NCBI RefSeq assembly: GCF_032444005.1 | Contig: NC_091284.1 | Coordinates: 841,216,001-841,280,000 of the forward strand | Reading direction: 5' to 3' | DNA: 64,000 nucleotides | From: Ranitomeya imitator | Lineage: Eukaryota | Shown: in pieces, positions 49,001 through 59,653 of the stretch | Position numbering within the stretch: the stretch's first letter is position 1 | Layout of the letters: each line of letters opens with the position of its first letter | Made by a program: the position numbers and the translations under genes | The notes under the pieces: model-generated | What the model saw: only the letters and a program-made list of their open reading frames with translations | Told to the model about the DNA's origin: nothing | Database searches by the model: none

Positions 49001-50080
49001 TTCATTTCTGACCTTCCCGTTTCTCAAAAGATGTCAGTCATTTGGGTGGTCTGTGATCGCTTTTCTAAAATGGTCCATCTGGTGCCCTTGGCTAAATTGC
49101 CTTCCTCCTCTGATTTGGTACCTTTGTTCTTTCAGCATGTGGTTCGGTTGCATGGCATTCCTGAGAATATTGTTTCTGACAGAGGTTCCCAGTTTGTTTC
49201 AAGGTTTTGGCGAGCCTTTTGTGGTAGGATGGGCATTGACCTATCCTTTTCCTCGGCTTTCCATCCTCAGACTAATGGCCAGACCGAACGAACCAATCAG
49301 ACCTTGGAAACATATCTGAGATGTTTTGTTTCTGCAGACCAGGATGATTGGGTGTCCTTTTTGCCGTTGGCTGAGTTCGCCCTTAATAATCGGGCCAGCT
49401 CGGCTACCTTGGTTTCTCCATTTTTTTGCAATTCTGGGTTCCATCCTCGTTTCTCTTCAGGACAGGTTGAGTCTTCGGACTGTCCTGGTGTGGATTCTGT
49501 GGTGGATAGGTTGCAGCAGATCTGGACTCAGGTAGTGGACAATTTGATCTTGTCCCAGGAGAAAGCTCAACTTTTCGCTAATCGCAGACGCCGTGTGGGT
49601 CCCCGACTTCGTGTTGGGGATCTGGTTTGGTTATCTTCTCGTCATATTCCTATGAAGGTTTCCTCTCCTAAATTTAAACCTCGTTTTATTGCTCCGTATA
49701 GGATTTCTGAGGTTCTCAATCCTGTGTCTTTTCGTTTGACCCTCCCAGACTCCTTTTCCATACATAATGTATTCCATAGGTCGTTGTTGCGGAGATACGT
49801 GGCACCTATGGTTCCATCTGTTGAGCCTCCTGCCCCGGTTTTGGTGGAGGGGGAATTGGAGTATATTGTGGAGAAGATTTTGGATTCTCGTGTTTCTAGA
49901 CGGAAACTCCAGTATCTGGTTAAATGGAAGGGTTATGCTCAGGAAGATAATTTCTGGGTTTTTGCCTCTGATGTTCATGCTTCCGATCTTGTTCGTGCCT
50001 TTCATGCGGCTCATCCTGGTCGGCCTGGGGGCTCTGGTGAGGGTTCGGTGACCCCTCCTCAAGGGGGGGTACTGTTGTGA
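46013..50080 (+). CDS. Element E Gag-PR-RT-RH-IN-chromodomain polyprotein, uninterrupted (1363-aa ORF from GTG 45989; first ATG 46013)
   Basis: [65 protein letters not shown] and chromodomain YIVEKILDSR..LQYLVKWKGY. The stop TGA lies in the first 8 nt of the 3' LTR. Confidence 0.96.
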   Translation: MDIQGLCSSMDNLVINVQKIQDTIDQKSMLEPRIPIPDLFFGDRTKFLSFKNNCKLFLALKPHSSGNPIQQVLIIISFLRGDPQDWAFSLAPGDPALSSVDAFFLALGLLYDEPNSVDQAEKNLLALCQGQDDIEVYCQKFRKWSVLTQWNESALAALFRKGLSEALKDVMVGFPMPAGLNESLSLAIQIGRRLRERKSVHHLAVLPEVKPEPIQCDRTMTRVERQEYRRLNGLCFYCGDSTHAISDCPKRTKRSARSAVIGTVQSKFLLSITLICSLSSFSVMAFVDSGAALNLMDLDYAKRCGFFLEPLRCPIPLRGIDATPLAKNKPQYWTQLTMCMAPAHQEVIRFLVLHNLHDVVVLGLPWLQTHNPVLDWNSMSVSSWGCQGVHGDVPFLSISSSTPSEVPEFLSDYQDVFEEPKSDALPPHRDCDCAINLIPGSKFPKGRLFNLSVPEHAAMRSYVKESLEKGHIRPSSSPLGAGFFFVAKKDGSLRPCIDYRLLNKITVKFQYPLPLLSDLFARIKGASWFTKIDLRGAYNLVRIRQGDEWKTAFNTPEGHFEYLVMPFGLANAPSVFQSFMHDIFREYLDKFLIVYLDDILIFSDDWESHVKQVRMVFQVLRANSLFVKGSKCLFGVQKVSFLGFIFTPSTIEMDPAKVQAIQDWIQPTSLKSLQKFLGFANFYRRFICNFSSIAKPLTDLTKKGADLVNWSSAAVEAFQELKRRFCSAPVLCQPDVSLPFQVEVDASEIGAGAVLSQRGSDCSVMKACAFFSRKFSPAERNYDVGNRELLAMKWAFEEWRHWLEGAKHRVVVLTDHKNLTYLESAKRLNPRQARWSLFFARFDFVISYLPGSKNVKADALSRSFVPDSPGLSEPAGILKEGVIVSAISPDLRRVLQKFQANKPDRCPAEKLFVPDRWTNKLISELHCSVLAGHPGIFGTRELVARSFWWPSLSRDVRTFVQSCGICARAKPCCSRASGLLLPLPVPKRPWTHISMDFISDLPVSQKMSVIWVVCDRFSKMVHLVPLAKLPSSSDLVPLFFQHVVRLHGIPENIVSDRGSQFVSRFWRAFCGRMGIDLSFSSAFHPQTNGQTERTNQTLETYLRCFVSADQDDWVSFLPLAEFALNNRASSATLVSPFFCNSGFHPRFSSGQVESSDCPGVDSVVDRLQQIWTQVVDNLILSQEKAQLFANRRRRVGPRLRVGDLVWLSSRHIPMKVSSPKFKPRFIAPYRISEVLNPVSFRLTLPDSFSIHNVFHRSLLRRYVAPMVPSVEPPAPVLVEGELEYIVEKILDSRVSRRKLQYLVKWKGYAQEDNFWVFASDVHASDLVRAFHAAHPGRPGGSGEGSVTPPQGGVLL

Positions 50081-52057
50081 ATTCTGTGGCTGAATTCACT
50101 CCTGTGGTCACAAGTGGTACTGCAGCTTCTGAGCTTCCTCCCTCAGGTGTTCTGGTGAGCTCGTTAACTGCTTCATTACTTAACTCCGCCTGATGCTGCT
50201 ATCCTTGCTCCTTGTCAATGTTTCAGTGTTGGATCTGAGCTTCTCCTGATTGTTCCTGTGACCTGCTGCTCTGTATAGCTAAGTGCTTTTTGCTTTTTTG
50301 TTGCTTTTTTTCTGTCCAGCTTGTCTTTTGTTTTGCTGGAAGCTCTGAGACGCAAAGGGTGTACCGCCGTGCCGTTAGTTCGGCACGGTGGGTTTTTTTT
50401 TGCCCCCTTTGCGTGGTTTTGCTTTAGGGTTTTTTGTAGACTGCAAAGTTCGCTTTACTGTCCTCGCTCTGTCCTAGAATATCGGGCCCCACTTTGCTGA
50501 ATCTATTTCATCCCTACGTTTGTCTTTTCATCTTACTCACAGTCATTATATGTGGGGGGCTGCCTTTTCCTTTGGGGAATTTCTCTGGGGCAAGTCAGGC
50601 CTATTTTTCTATCTTCAGGCTAGCTAGTTTCTTAGGCTGTGCCGAGTTGCCTAGGTAGTTGTTAGGCGCAATCCACAGCCGCTTTTAGTTGTGTTTAGGA
50701 TAGGATCAGGTGTGCAGTCTACAGAGTTTCCACGTCTCAGAGCTCGTTCTTGTATTTTTGGGTATTTGTCAGATCACTGTGTGCGCTCTGATTGCTAAGC
50801 ACACTGTGTTTCTGGATTGCCTTCATAACACCTGTCATTAGCAAACATAACACGTAACGGCTTGTGATTGGTCGCGTGGCCGCGACCAATCACAAGCCGC
50901 TACGTCTTTGAAAGTCATTAACGCGCTCATTTTTAAAAATGAGCGCGTTAATAGCTTGCGGTGACGTCGCGGCCACGCGACCAATCACAAGCCGCTACGT
51001 CTTTGAAAGCCATTAACGCGCTCATTTTTAAAAATGAGCGCGTTAATAGCTTGCGGTGACGTCGCGGCTTGTGATTGGTCGCGTGGCGGTCACATGGGCG
51101 GCCCGCGACCAATCAGAAGCCGGGACGTGATTCTCAGGTCCTAAAAGCGCTGATTTTGAACAAAGAAGCCTGCCGGTTACCCGCGCTGAGTTCAGGGGCC
51201 GCCGGAGAGGTAAATATATCAATATTTTTTATTTTAATTCTTTATTTTACACATCCCTATGGATCCCAGGGCCTGAAGGAGAGTTTCCTCTCCTTCAGAC
51301 CCTGGGAACCATGAGAATACCTTCCGATACTTGATGTCCCATTGACTTGTATTGGTATCGGATATCGGTATCGGCAATATCCGATATTTTTCGGGTATCG
51401 GCCGATACTATCCGATACCGATACTTTCAAGTATCGGACGGTATGGCTCAACACTACTAGAAATAGAAAATAAAGCCTACCTTGCCAAAGAGAAATTCCC
51501 CAAAGGAAAAGGCAGTCCCCCACATATATTGACTGTGAGTAAAGATGAAGTCACAAACACAGAAATGAAACAGGTTTCAGCAAAGGGAGGCCAGACTTAC
51601 TAAACAGACTGAGGATAGGAAAGGTATCTTTGCGGTCAGCACAAAAAACTACAAAAGACCACGCAGAGTGTGCAAAAAGACCTCCGCACCGACTCACGGT
51701 GCGGAGGTGCCACTCTGCATCCCAGAGCTTCCAGCTAGCAAGACAAAATCATAATAGCAAGCTGGACAAGAAAACAATGAACAAATAATTAACTAGCAGG
51801 GACTTAGCTTCTGCTGGAGTAGACAGGTCAGCAGAAAGATCCAAGAGCGAACTGAACCAGTACAAGAACATTGACAGCTGGCATGGAGTAACGATCTGAG
51901 TGGTGTTAAATAGAGCAGCCAGCCAACAAATAAACTCCGTCACCTGTGGAAGGAACCTCAGAAGCAGCAGCTCCACGCACAGCCACCAGAGGGAGTCCAT
52001 GGACAGAACTCGCCGAAGTACCATTCATGACCACAGGAGGGAGTTCGATAACAGAAT

Positions 52058-55000
52058 TCACAACAGTACCCCCCCCCTTGAGGAGGGGTCACCGAACCCT
52101 CACCAGAGCCCCCAGGCCGATCAGGACGAGCCAAATGAAAGGCACGAACTAGATCGGCAGCATGAACATCAGAGGCAAAAACCCAGGAATTATCTTCCGG
52201 ACCATAACCCTTCCACTTGACCAGGTACTGGAGTTTCCGTCTCGAAATACGAGAATCCAAAATCTTCTCCCCCTCGACCAACACCGAGGCAGGAGGATCA
52301 ACGGAGGGAACCATAGGCGCCACGTATCTCCGCAATAATGACCTATGGAACACATTATGGATGGCAAAAGAAGCTGGAAGGGCCAAACGAAATGACACAG
52401 GATTGAGAACTTCAGAAATCTTATACGGACCAATGAAACGAGGTTTAAACTTAGGAGAGGAAACCTTCATAGGAACATGACGAGACGACAAGCAAACAAA
52501 ATCCCCAAAACGAATTCGGGGACCAACACAGCGCCGGCGGTTAGCGAAACATTGAGCCTTCTTCTGGGACAATGTCAAATTGGCCACCACATGAGTCCAA
52601 ATCTGCTGCAACATGTCCATCACAGTATCCACACCAGGACAGTCCGAAGGCTCAACCTGCCCTGAAGAGAAACGAGGATGGAAACCATAATTACAGAAAA
52701 AGGGCGAAACCAAAGTAGCCGAGCTGGCCCGATTATTAAGGGCGAACTCAGCCAAAGGCAAGAAGGACACCCAATCATCCTGATCAGCAGAAACAAAGCA
52801 TCTCAGATATGTTTCCAAAGTCTGATTAGTTCGTTCGGTTTGGCCATTTGTCTGAGGATGGAAAGCCGAAGAAAAAGACAAATCAATGCCCATCTTAGCA
52901 CAAAAGGACCGCCAAAACCTCGAAACGAACTGGGAACCTCTGTCCGAGACGATGTTCTCCGGAATGCCATCCAAACGAACCACATGCTGGAAAAACAATG
53001 GCACCAAATCAGAGGAGGAAGGCAATTTAGACAAGGGTACCAAATGGACCATCTTAGAGAAGCGATCACAAACCACCCAAATAACCGACATCCTTTGAGA
53101 GACAGGGAGATCTGAAATAAAATCCATGGAAATATGCGTCCAGGGCCTCTTCGGGACCGGCAAGGGCAAAAGCAACCCACTGGTACGAGAACAGCAGGGC
53201 TTAGCCTGAGCCAAAGTCCCACAGGACTGCCCAAAAGAACGCACATCCCGTGACAAAGAAGGCCACCAAAAGGATCTAGCCACCAAATCTCTGGTACCAA
53301 AGATTCCCGGATGACCCGCTAACACCGAACAATGAACCTCAGAGATAACTCTACTAGTCCATCTATCAGGGACAAACAGTTTCTCCGCTGGACAACGGTC
53401 AGGTCTATCAGCCTGAAATTTCTGCAGCAAGCGCCGCAAATCAGGGGAGATGGCAGACAAAATTACCCCCTCTTTGAGAATACCCGTCGGCTCAGGAACA
53501 CCCGGAGAGTCAGGCACAAAACTCCTTGACAGGGCATGAGCCTTCACATTCTTAGAGCCCGGAAGGTACGAAACCACAAAATCAAAACGGGAGAAAAACA
53601 GCGACCGTCGAGCCTGTCTAGGATTCAACCATTTGGCAGACTCGAGATAAGTCAAATTCTTGTGATCCGTCAAGACCACCACGCGATGCTTGGCTCCTTC
53701 AAGCCAATGTCGCCACTCCTCGAATGCCCACTTCATGGCCAACAACTCTCGATTACCAACATCATAATTGCGCTCAGCAGGCGAAAATTTTCTAGAAAGA
53801 AGGCACATGGTTTCATCACCGAGCCATCAGAACTTCTTTGCGACAAAACAGCCCCTGCTCCAATCTCAGAAGCATCAACCTCGACCTGAAACAGAAGTGA
53901 AACATCTGGCTGGCACAACACAGGGGCAGAAGAAAAACGACGCTTCAACTCCTGAAAAGCCTCTACAGCCGCAGAGGACCTATTGACCACATCAGCACCT
54001 TTCTTGGTCAAATCAGTCAACGGTTTAGCAACACTAGAAAAATTAGCGATGAAGCGACGGTAAAAATTAGCAAAGCCCAGGAACTTCTGCAGGCTCTTCA
54101 CAGATGTCGGCTGAGTCCAATCATAAATGGCCTGAACTTTAACAGGGTCCATCTCGATAGTAGAAGGGGAACAAATGAAACCCAAAAATGAAACCTTCTG
54201 AACTCCAAAGAGACATTTCGACCCCTTTACAAACAAGGAATTCGCACGAAGGACCTGGAACACCATTCTGACCTGCCTCACATGAGACTCCCAATCATCC
54301 GAAAAGACCAAAATATCATCCAAATAAACAATCATGAATCTATTCAGGTACTCTCGGAAGATGTCATGTATAAAGGACTGAAACACAGATGGAGCATTAG
54401 AAAGCCCGAATGGCATAACCAGGTACTCAAAATGGCCCTCGGGCGTATTAAATGCTGTTTTCCATTCATCGCCCTGTTTAATACGCACAAGATTATACGC
54501 CCCTCGAAGATCTATCTTGGTGAACCAACTAGCTCCCTTAATCCGAGCAAAAAAATCAGACAGCAGCGGCAAAGGGTACTGAAATTTGACTGTGATCTTA
54601 TTAAGAAGGCGGTAATCAATACAAGGTCTCAAAGAGCCATCCTTCTTGGCCACAAAAAAGAACCCTGCTCCCAACGGTGATGACGACGGGCGAATATGAC
54701 CCTTCTCCAAGGATTCCTTTGCATAACTCCGCATAGCGGCGTGCTCTGGCACAGATAAATTAAACAGTCGGCCCTTAGGAAACTTACTACCAGGAATCAA
54801 ATTAATAGCACAATCGCAATCCCTATGAGGAGGTAGGGCACCGGATTTGGGCTCTTCAAATACATCCCGGTAATCTGACAAAAACTCAGGGACTTCAGAA
54901 GGAGTGGAAGGTGAAATTGACAGCAATGGAACATCACCATGTACCCCCTAACAACCCCAGCCGGACACAGACATAGATTTCCAATCTAATACTGGATTAT

Positions 55001-56100
55001 GGACCTGTAGCCATGGCAACCCCAAAACGACCACATCATGCAGATTATGCAACACCAAAAAGCGAATATCCTCCTGATGTGCAGGAGCCATGCACATGGT
55101 CAATTGAGTCCAGTACTGAGGCTTATTCTTGGCCAAAGGCGTAGCATCAATTCCTCTCAATGGAATAGGATGCTGCAAGGGCTCCAAGAAAAAACCACAG
55201 CGCCTGGCAAACTCTAAGTCCATCAAATTCAGGGCAGCGCCTGAATCCACAACAGAATTGGACGACAGAGAGCAAATCAGAGTAACGGACAAAAGAAATT
55301 TAGACTGTACCGTACCAATGGTGGTAGACCTAGCGAACCGCTTAGTGCGCTTAGGACAATCGGAGATAGCATGAGTGGAATCACCACAGTAAAAACACAG
55401 CCCATTCCGACATCTGTGTTCTTGCCGTTCAGCTCTGGTCAAAGTCCTATCACATTGCATAGGCTCAGGCCTATGCTCAGAGAATACCGCCAAATGGTGC
55501 ACAGCTATGGCGCTCCCGCAAGCGCCGATCGATCTGAATGGCCAAGGACATAGACTCATTCAGACCAGCAGGCGTGGGAAATCCCACCATGACACCCTTA
55601 AGGGCTTCAGAAAGACCCTTTCTGAAAATTGCCGCCAGGGCACACTCATTCCACTGAGTAAGCACAGACCACTTTCTAAACTTCTGACAGTACACCTCCA
55701 CTTCATCCTGACCCTGACACAAAGCCAGCAAGATTTTCTCTGCCTGATCCACTGAATTAGGTTCATCATAAAGCAATCCAAGCGCCAGAAAAAACGCATC
55801 TACATCACGCAATGCAGGATCTCCTGGCGCAAGGGAAAATGCCCAGTCTTGAGGGTCACCACGCAACAAAGAAATAATGATTTTTACTTGTTGAACGGGG
55901 TCACCAGAGGAGCGGGGTTTCAAAGCTAGAAACAATTTACAATTATTTTTGAAATTCAGGAACTTAGATCTATCCCCAGAAAATAAATCAGGAATAGGAA
56001 TTCTAGGCTCTAACATCAGATTCTGAACCACAAAATCTTGAATGCTTTGTACCCTTGCAGTGAGGTGATCTACACAAGAGGACAGACCTTGAATGTTCAT
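52058..56100 (-). pseudogene. Element D gag-pol with several frameshifts
   Basis: Four ORF pieces (55477-56214, 54948-55559, 53733-54926, 51958-53808) are collinear with and highly similar to the E polyprotein. Confidence 0.95.
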
Positions 56101-57030
56101 ATCTACACCTGTGTCCTGAACCACCCAGAGGTTAAGGGGAAAAGAAAGACAAAACACACTGCAGAGAAAAAAAAATGGTCTCAGAACTTCTCTTATCCCT
56201 CTATTGAGATGCATTAATACTTTGGGCCAGCTGTACTGTTATGGACCTGGTGGTTAGGAGCACCCGGAACGACCTGATGGTTAAACTCTCACAGGACAAG
56301 CTCTGGGAAGTGGGAGCTCTGCTGACCGCAATCCCTAATCCTATCACCCACACTAGAAATAGCCGTGGAGCACTCCTGATGGTCCCTAGGTGCCTTGTCA
56401 CAGCCTAAGAGCTAGCTAGCCCTAGAGATAGAAAATAAAGCCTACCTTGCCTCAGAGAAATTCCCCAAAGGAAAAGACAGCCCCCCACATATATTGACTG
56501 TGAGTAAAGATGAAGTCACAAACACAGAAATGAAACAGGTTTCTGCAAAGGGAGACCCGACTTACTAAACAGACTGAGGATAGGAAAGGTATCTTTGCGG
56601 TCAGCACAAAAAACTACAAAAGACCACGCAGAGTGTGCAAAAAGACCTCCGCACCGACTCACGGTGCGGAGGTGCCACTCTGCATCCCAGAGCTTCCAGC
56701 TAGCAAGACAAAATCATAATAGCAAGCTGGACAAGAAAACAATGAACAAATAATTAACTAGCAGGGACTTAGCTTCTGCTGGAGTAGACAGGTCACCAGA
56801 AAGATCCAAGAGCGAACTGAACCAGTACAAGAACATTGACAGCTGGCATGGAGTAACGATCTGAGTGGAGTTAAATAGAGCAGCCAGCCAACGAATAAAC
56901 TCCGTCACCTGTGGAAGGAACCTCAGAAGCAGCAGCTCCACTCACAGCCACCAGAGGGAGTCCATGGACAGAACTCGCCGAAGTACCATTCATGACCACA
57001 GGAGGGAGTTCGATAACAGAATTCACAACA

Positions 57031-58410
57031 ATGATGACACCAGTAGTGATCCGGTGTGGTGCGGTCACGTGAGTCTCCAGGTATATGATGACACCAGTAG
57101 TGATCCGGTGTGGCGCGGTCTCGTGAGTCTCCAGGTGTATGATAACACCAGTAGTGATCCGGTGTGGCGCGGTCTTGTGAGTATCCAGGTGCATGATGAC
57201 ACCAGTAATGATCCGGCGTGGCACGGTCACGTGAGTCTCCAGGTATATGACACCAGTAGTGATCCGGTGTGGCGCGGTCTCGTGAGTCTCCAGCTGTATG
57301 ATGATACCAGTAATGATCCGGTGTGGCGCGGTCACGTGAGTCTCCAGGTGTATGATGACACCAGTAATGATCCGGTGTGGTGCCGTCACGTGAGTCTCCA
57401 GGTGTATGATACCATTAGTAGTGATCCGGTGTGGTCTCGTGAGTCTCCAGGTATATGATGACACCAGTAATGATCCAGTGTGGCGCGGTCACTTGAGTTT
57501 TCAGGTGTATGATGACACCAGTAATGATCCGGTGTGGTCTCGTGAGTCTCCAGGTATATGATGACACCAGTAATGATCCGGTGTGGTGCGGTCACGTGAG
57601 TTTTCAGGTGTATGATGACACCAGTAATGATCCGGTGTGGTGCGGTCACGTGAGTCTCCAGGTGTATGATGACACCAGTAATGATCCGGTGTGGTGCGGT
57701 CACGTGAGTCGCCAGGTGTATGATGACACCAGTAATGATCCGGTGTGGTGCCGTCACGTGAGTCTCCAGGTGTATGATACCATTAGTAGTGATCCGGTGT
57801 GGTCCCGTGAGTCTCCAGGTATATGATGACACCAGTAATGATCCAGTGTGGCGCGGTCACTTGAGTTTTCAGGTGTATGATGACACCAGTAATGATCCGG
57901 TGTGGTCTCGTGAGTTTTCAGGTGTATGATGACACCAGTAATGATCCGGTGTGGTGCGGTCACGTGAGTCTCCAGGTGTATGATGACACCAGTAATGATC
58001 CGGTGTGGTGCGGTCACGTGAGTCGCCAGGTGTATAATGACACCAGTAGTGATCCGGTGTGGTGCGGTCACGTGAGTCTCCAGGTGTATGATACCATTAG
58101 TAGTGATCCGGTGTGGTCTCGTGAGTCTCCAGGTATATGATAACACCAGTAGTGATCCGATGTGGCACGGTCACGTGAGTCTCCAGGTGTATGATACCAT
58201 TAGTAGTGATCCGGTGTGGCGCGGTCACGTGAGTCTCCAGGTGTATGATGACACCAGTAATGATCCGGTGTGGCGCGGTCTCGTGAGTCTCCAGGTGTAT
58301 GATAACACCAATAGTGATCCGGTGTGGTCTCATGAGTCTCCAGGTATATGAAGACACTAGTAGTGATCCGGTGTGGCGTGGTCACGTGAGTCTCCAGGTA
58401 TAGAGGACAC
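57031..58410. repeat. 54-bp satellite, right part
   Basis: Same unit as 43003-43351, with deletion variants. Confidence 0.95.
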
Positions 58411-58630
58411 TGATAATAGGCAGGCAGAGATGCTGCGGAGCTGACGCTCATTAGCTGTAGTTACGGCTGGTTAGGTCCTCACGTCTGGGCTCAGGTGTGA
58501 TCTCCCCGGGGGGATCTGTCTCAGCTCCGTTACTAAGGTTTAGTGTCACCTGTGCCTCCGGCAGCGACTGACGTGCAGAAAGCACACATCACAGGGATAG
58601 TAATGGTGGCCGGACCCTCTAGCTGCCGCC

Positions 58631-58749
58631 ATGAATACCCTGACCCAGATGATGTCCCATCGAGCCGAGAGGATGAAGGAAGAAGTGAAGATGGAGAAAG
58701 AGGAGATCAAAGCCTGGACCAAACCCATGGAGAACGCGGAAAACCCCAG
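58631..58749 (+). CDS. Probable first coding exon of an unidentified host gene (MNTLTQMMSHRAERMKEEVKMEKEEIKAWTKPMENAENP, phase-2 donor)
   Basis: Perfect Kozak GCCGCCATG, a purine-rich exon-like composition, and donor CAG|GTATGA. Candidate acceptors at 58564 and 58594. An alternative frame is also open. Confidence 0.55.
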
Positions 58750-58815
58750 GTATGAGGAGTAGGAGATAACTCTGGGGTATGGGGCGTGAGAGAAGACCCC
58801 TACTTAATGCAGAGA

Positions 58816-58920
58816 GAGGTTGATACAATGTATCAGTAACACAGAATGTATCAGAGACGACAGTCCTTTGTGAGCTCCATCCAGACTGATTGCTTGTACT
58901 GATACATTGTAACAAACCTC
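58816..58920. repeat. Short inverted-repeat element (about 23-bp arms), probable MITE relic
   Basis: GAGGTTGATACAATGTATCAGTA versus TACTGATACATTGTAACAAACCTC. Confidence 0.6.
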
Positions 58921-59207
58921 ATTCCTCCACATTATGGCGGGAAAAGAAGAGTTAAACATATTGCCGCACGCATGGTAATTTGTATTTAACACTAAGCCAC
59001 GACCCTAAACTTGCCCGCTCCTCGATAGGTGCTGTGGGAATGCTACTCACTTGGGTGCGTTGGGAGGCAAAACAGCTAACGTTTCCATTTAAATGTCCAG
59101 GCTGGTTTATTGCTGCTTCATAAGTGCAGGCAAAACAAAGGAAACTGTTCCTTATATAAACTCTCCTAAGAGTCAGTCCTGGTCACACAGGCTGGATAGC
59201 ATGCAGT

Positions 59208-59211
<4 letters not shown>

Positions 59212-59247
<36 letters not shown>
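59212..59247. repeat. (TA)n microsatellite
   Basis: Directly visible. Confidence 0.95.
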
Positions 59248-59249
<2 letters not shown>

Positions 59250-59653
59250 TCAGTCTGGACATTACACATAGGAGGCCTTCTCCCTGCACACAGACCATGT
59301 GTCAAACAATGGACTCCATCATAACATGCAAACCACACCCAGAGATGTGAACAGCCACACCCAGCCATCTCTCAGGCTGCCTATAAAACTCGGCCCAGAT
59401 GCACTAAACAAGCCTCTTGGCACTAAATGCACTAGCGCAATTCTCCATGTTTACATCACAGAGGACAACCACCTCCATGATACATACCTCCCAACAACTA
59501 TGTGTCCGGCACCACCATACATAGCTCCCCCTCTGCCTAAAGCTGTGGGGCTTGGCACCTTCTACTACTGCACATGCCAGATGCCTTACAGTGCCCACAT
59601 ATATCAAGGAGTGGGAATATTTAGGGTACTCGCTTAGTGTAAAATAAAAATTA

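Larger units (their letters stand above)
44374..50852 (+). mobile_element. Young chromovirus 'E' with an intact ORF
   Basis: 780-bp LTRs (44374-45874 with a MITE insert; 50073-50852) are nearly identical, with one CpG transition seen. PPT at 50061-50069. Flanks CGTAGC/CGTAAC. Confidence 0.97.
43544..51456. mobile_element. hAT-type MITE (about 1.43 kb net) with 112-bp palindromic tandem units; hosts element E
   Basis: TIR TAGTGTTGAGC / GCTCAACACTA, 8-bp TSD CTAGAAAT (43536-43 / 51457-64), and clustered CCGATAC/GTATCGG subterminal motifs. Confidence 0.92.
43352..57030 (-). mobile_element. Chromovirus 'D' (decayed) inserted in the 54-bp satellite
   Basis: 5' LTR at 56237-57030. 3' LTR at 43352-43543 plus 51465-52065, split by a hAT MITE. 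Flanking duplication ATGATG. Confidence 0.95.

Noticed and set aside
59299-59637. 112-aa ORF with a nearby TATAAAA
   Set aside because: No recognisable homology or splice signals; possibly an old repeat fragment.
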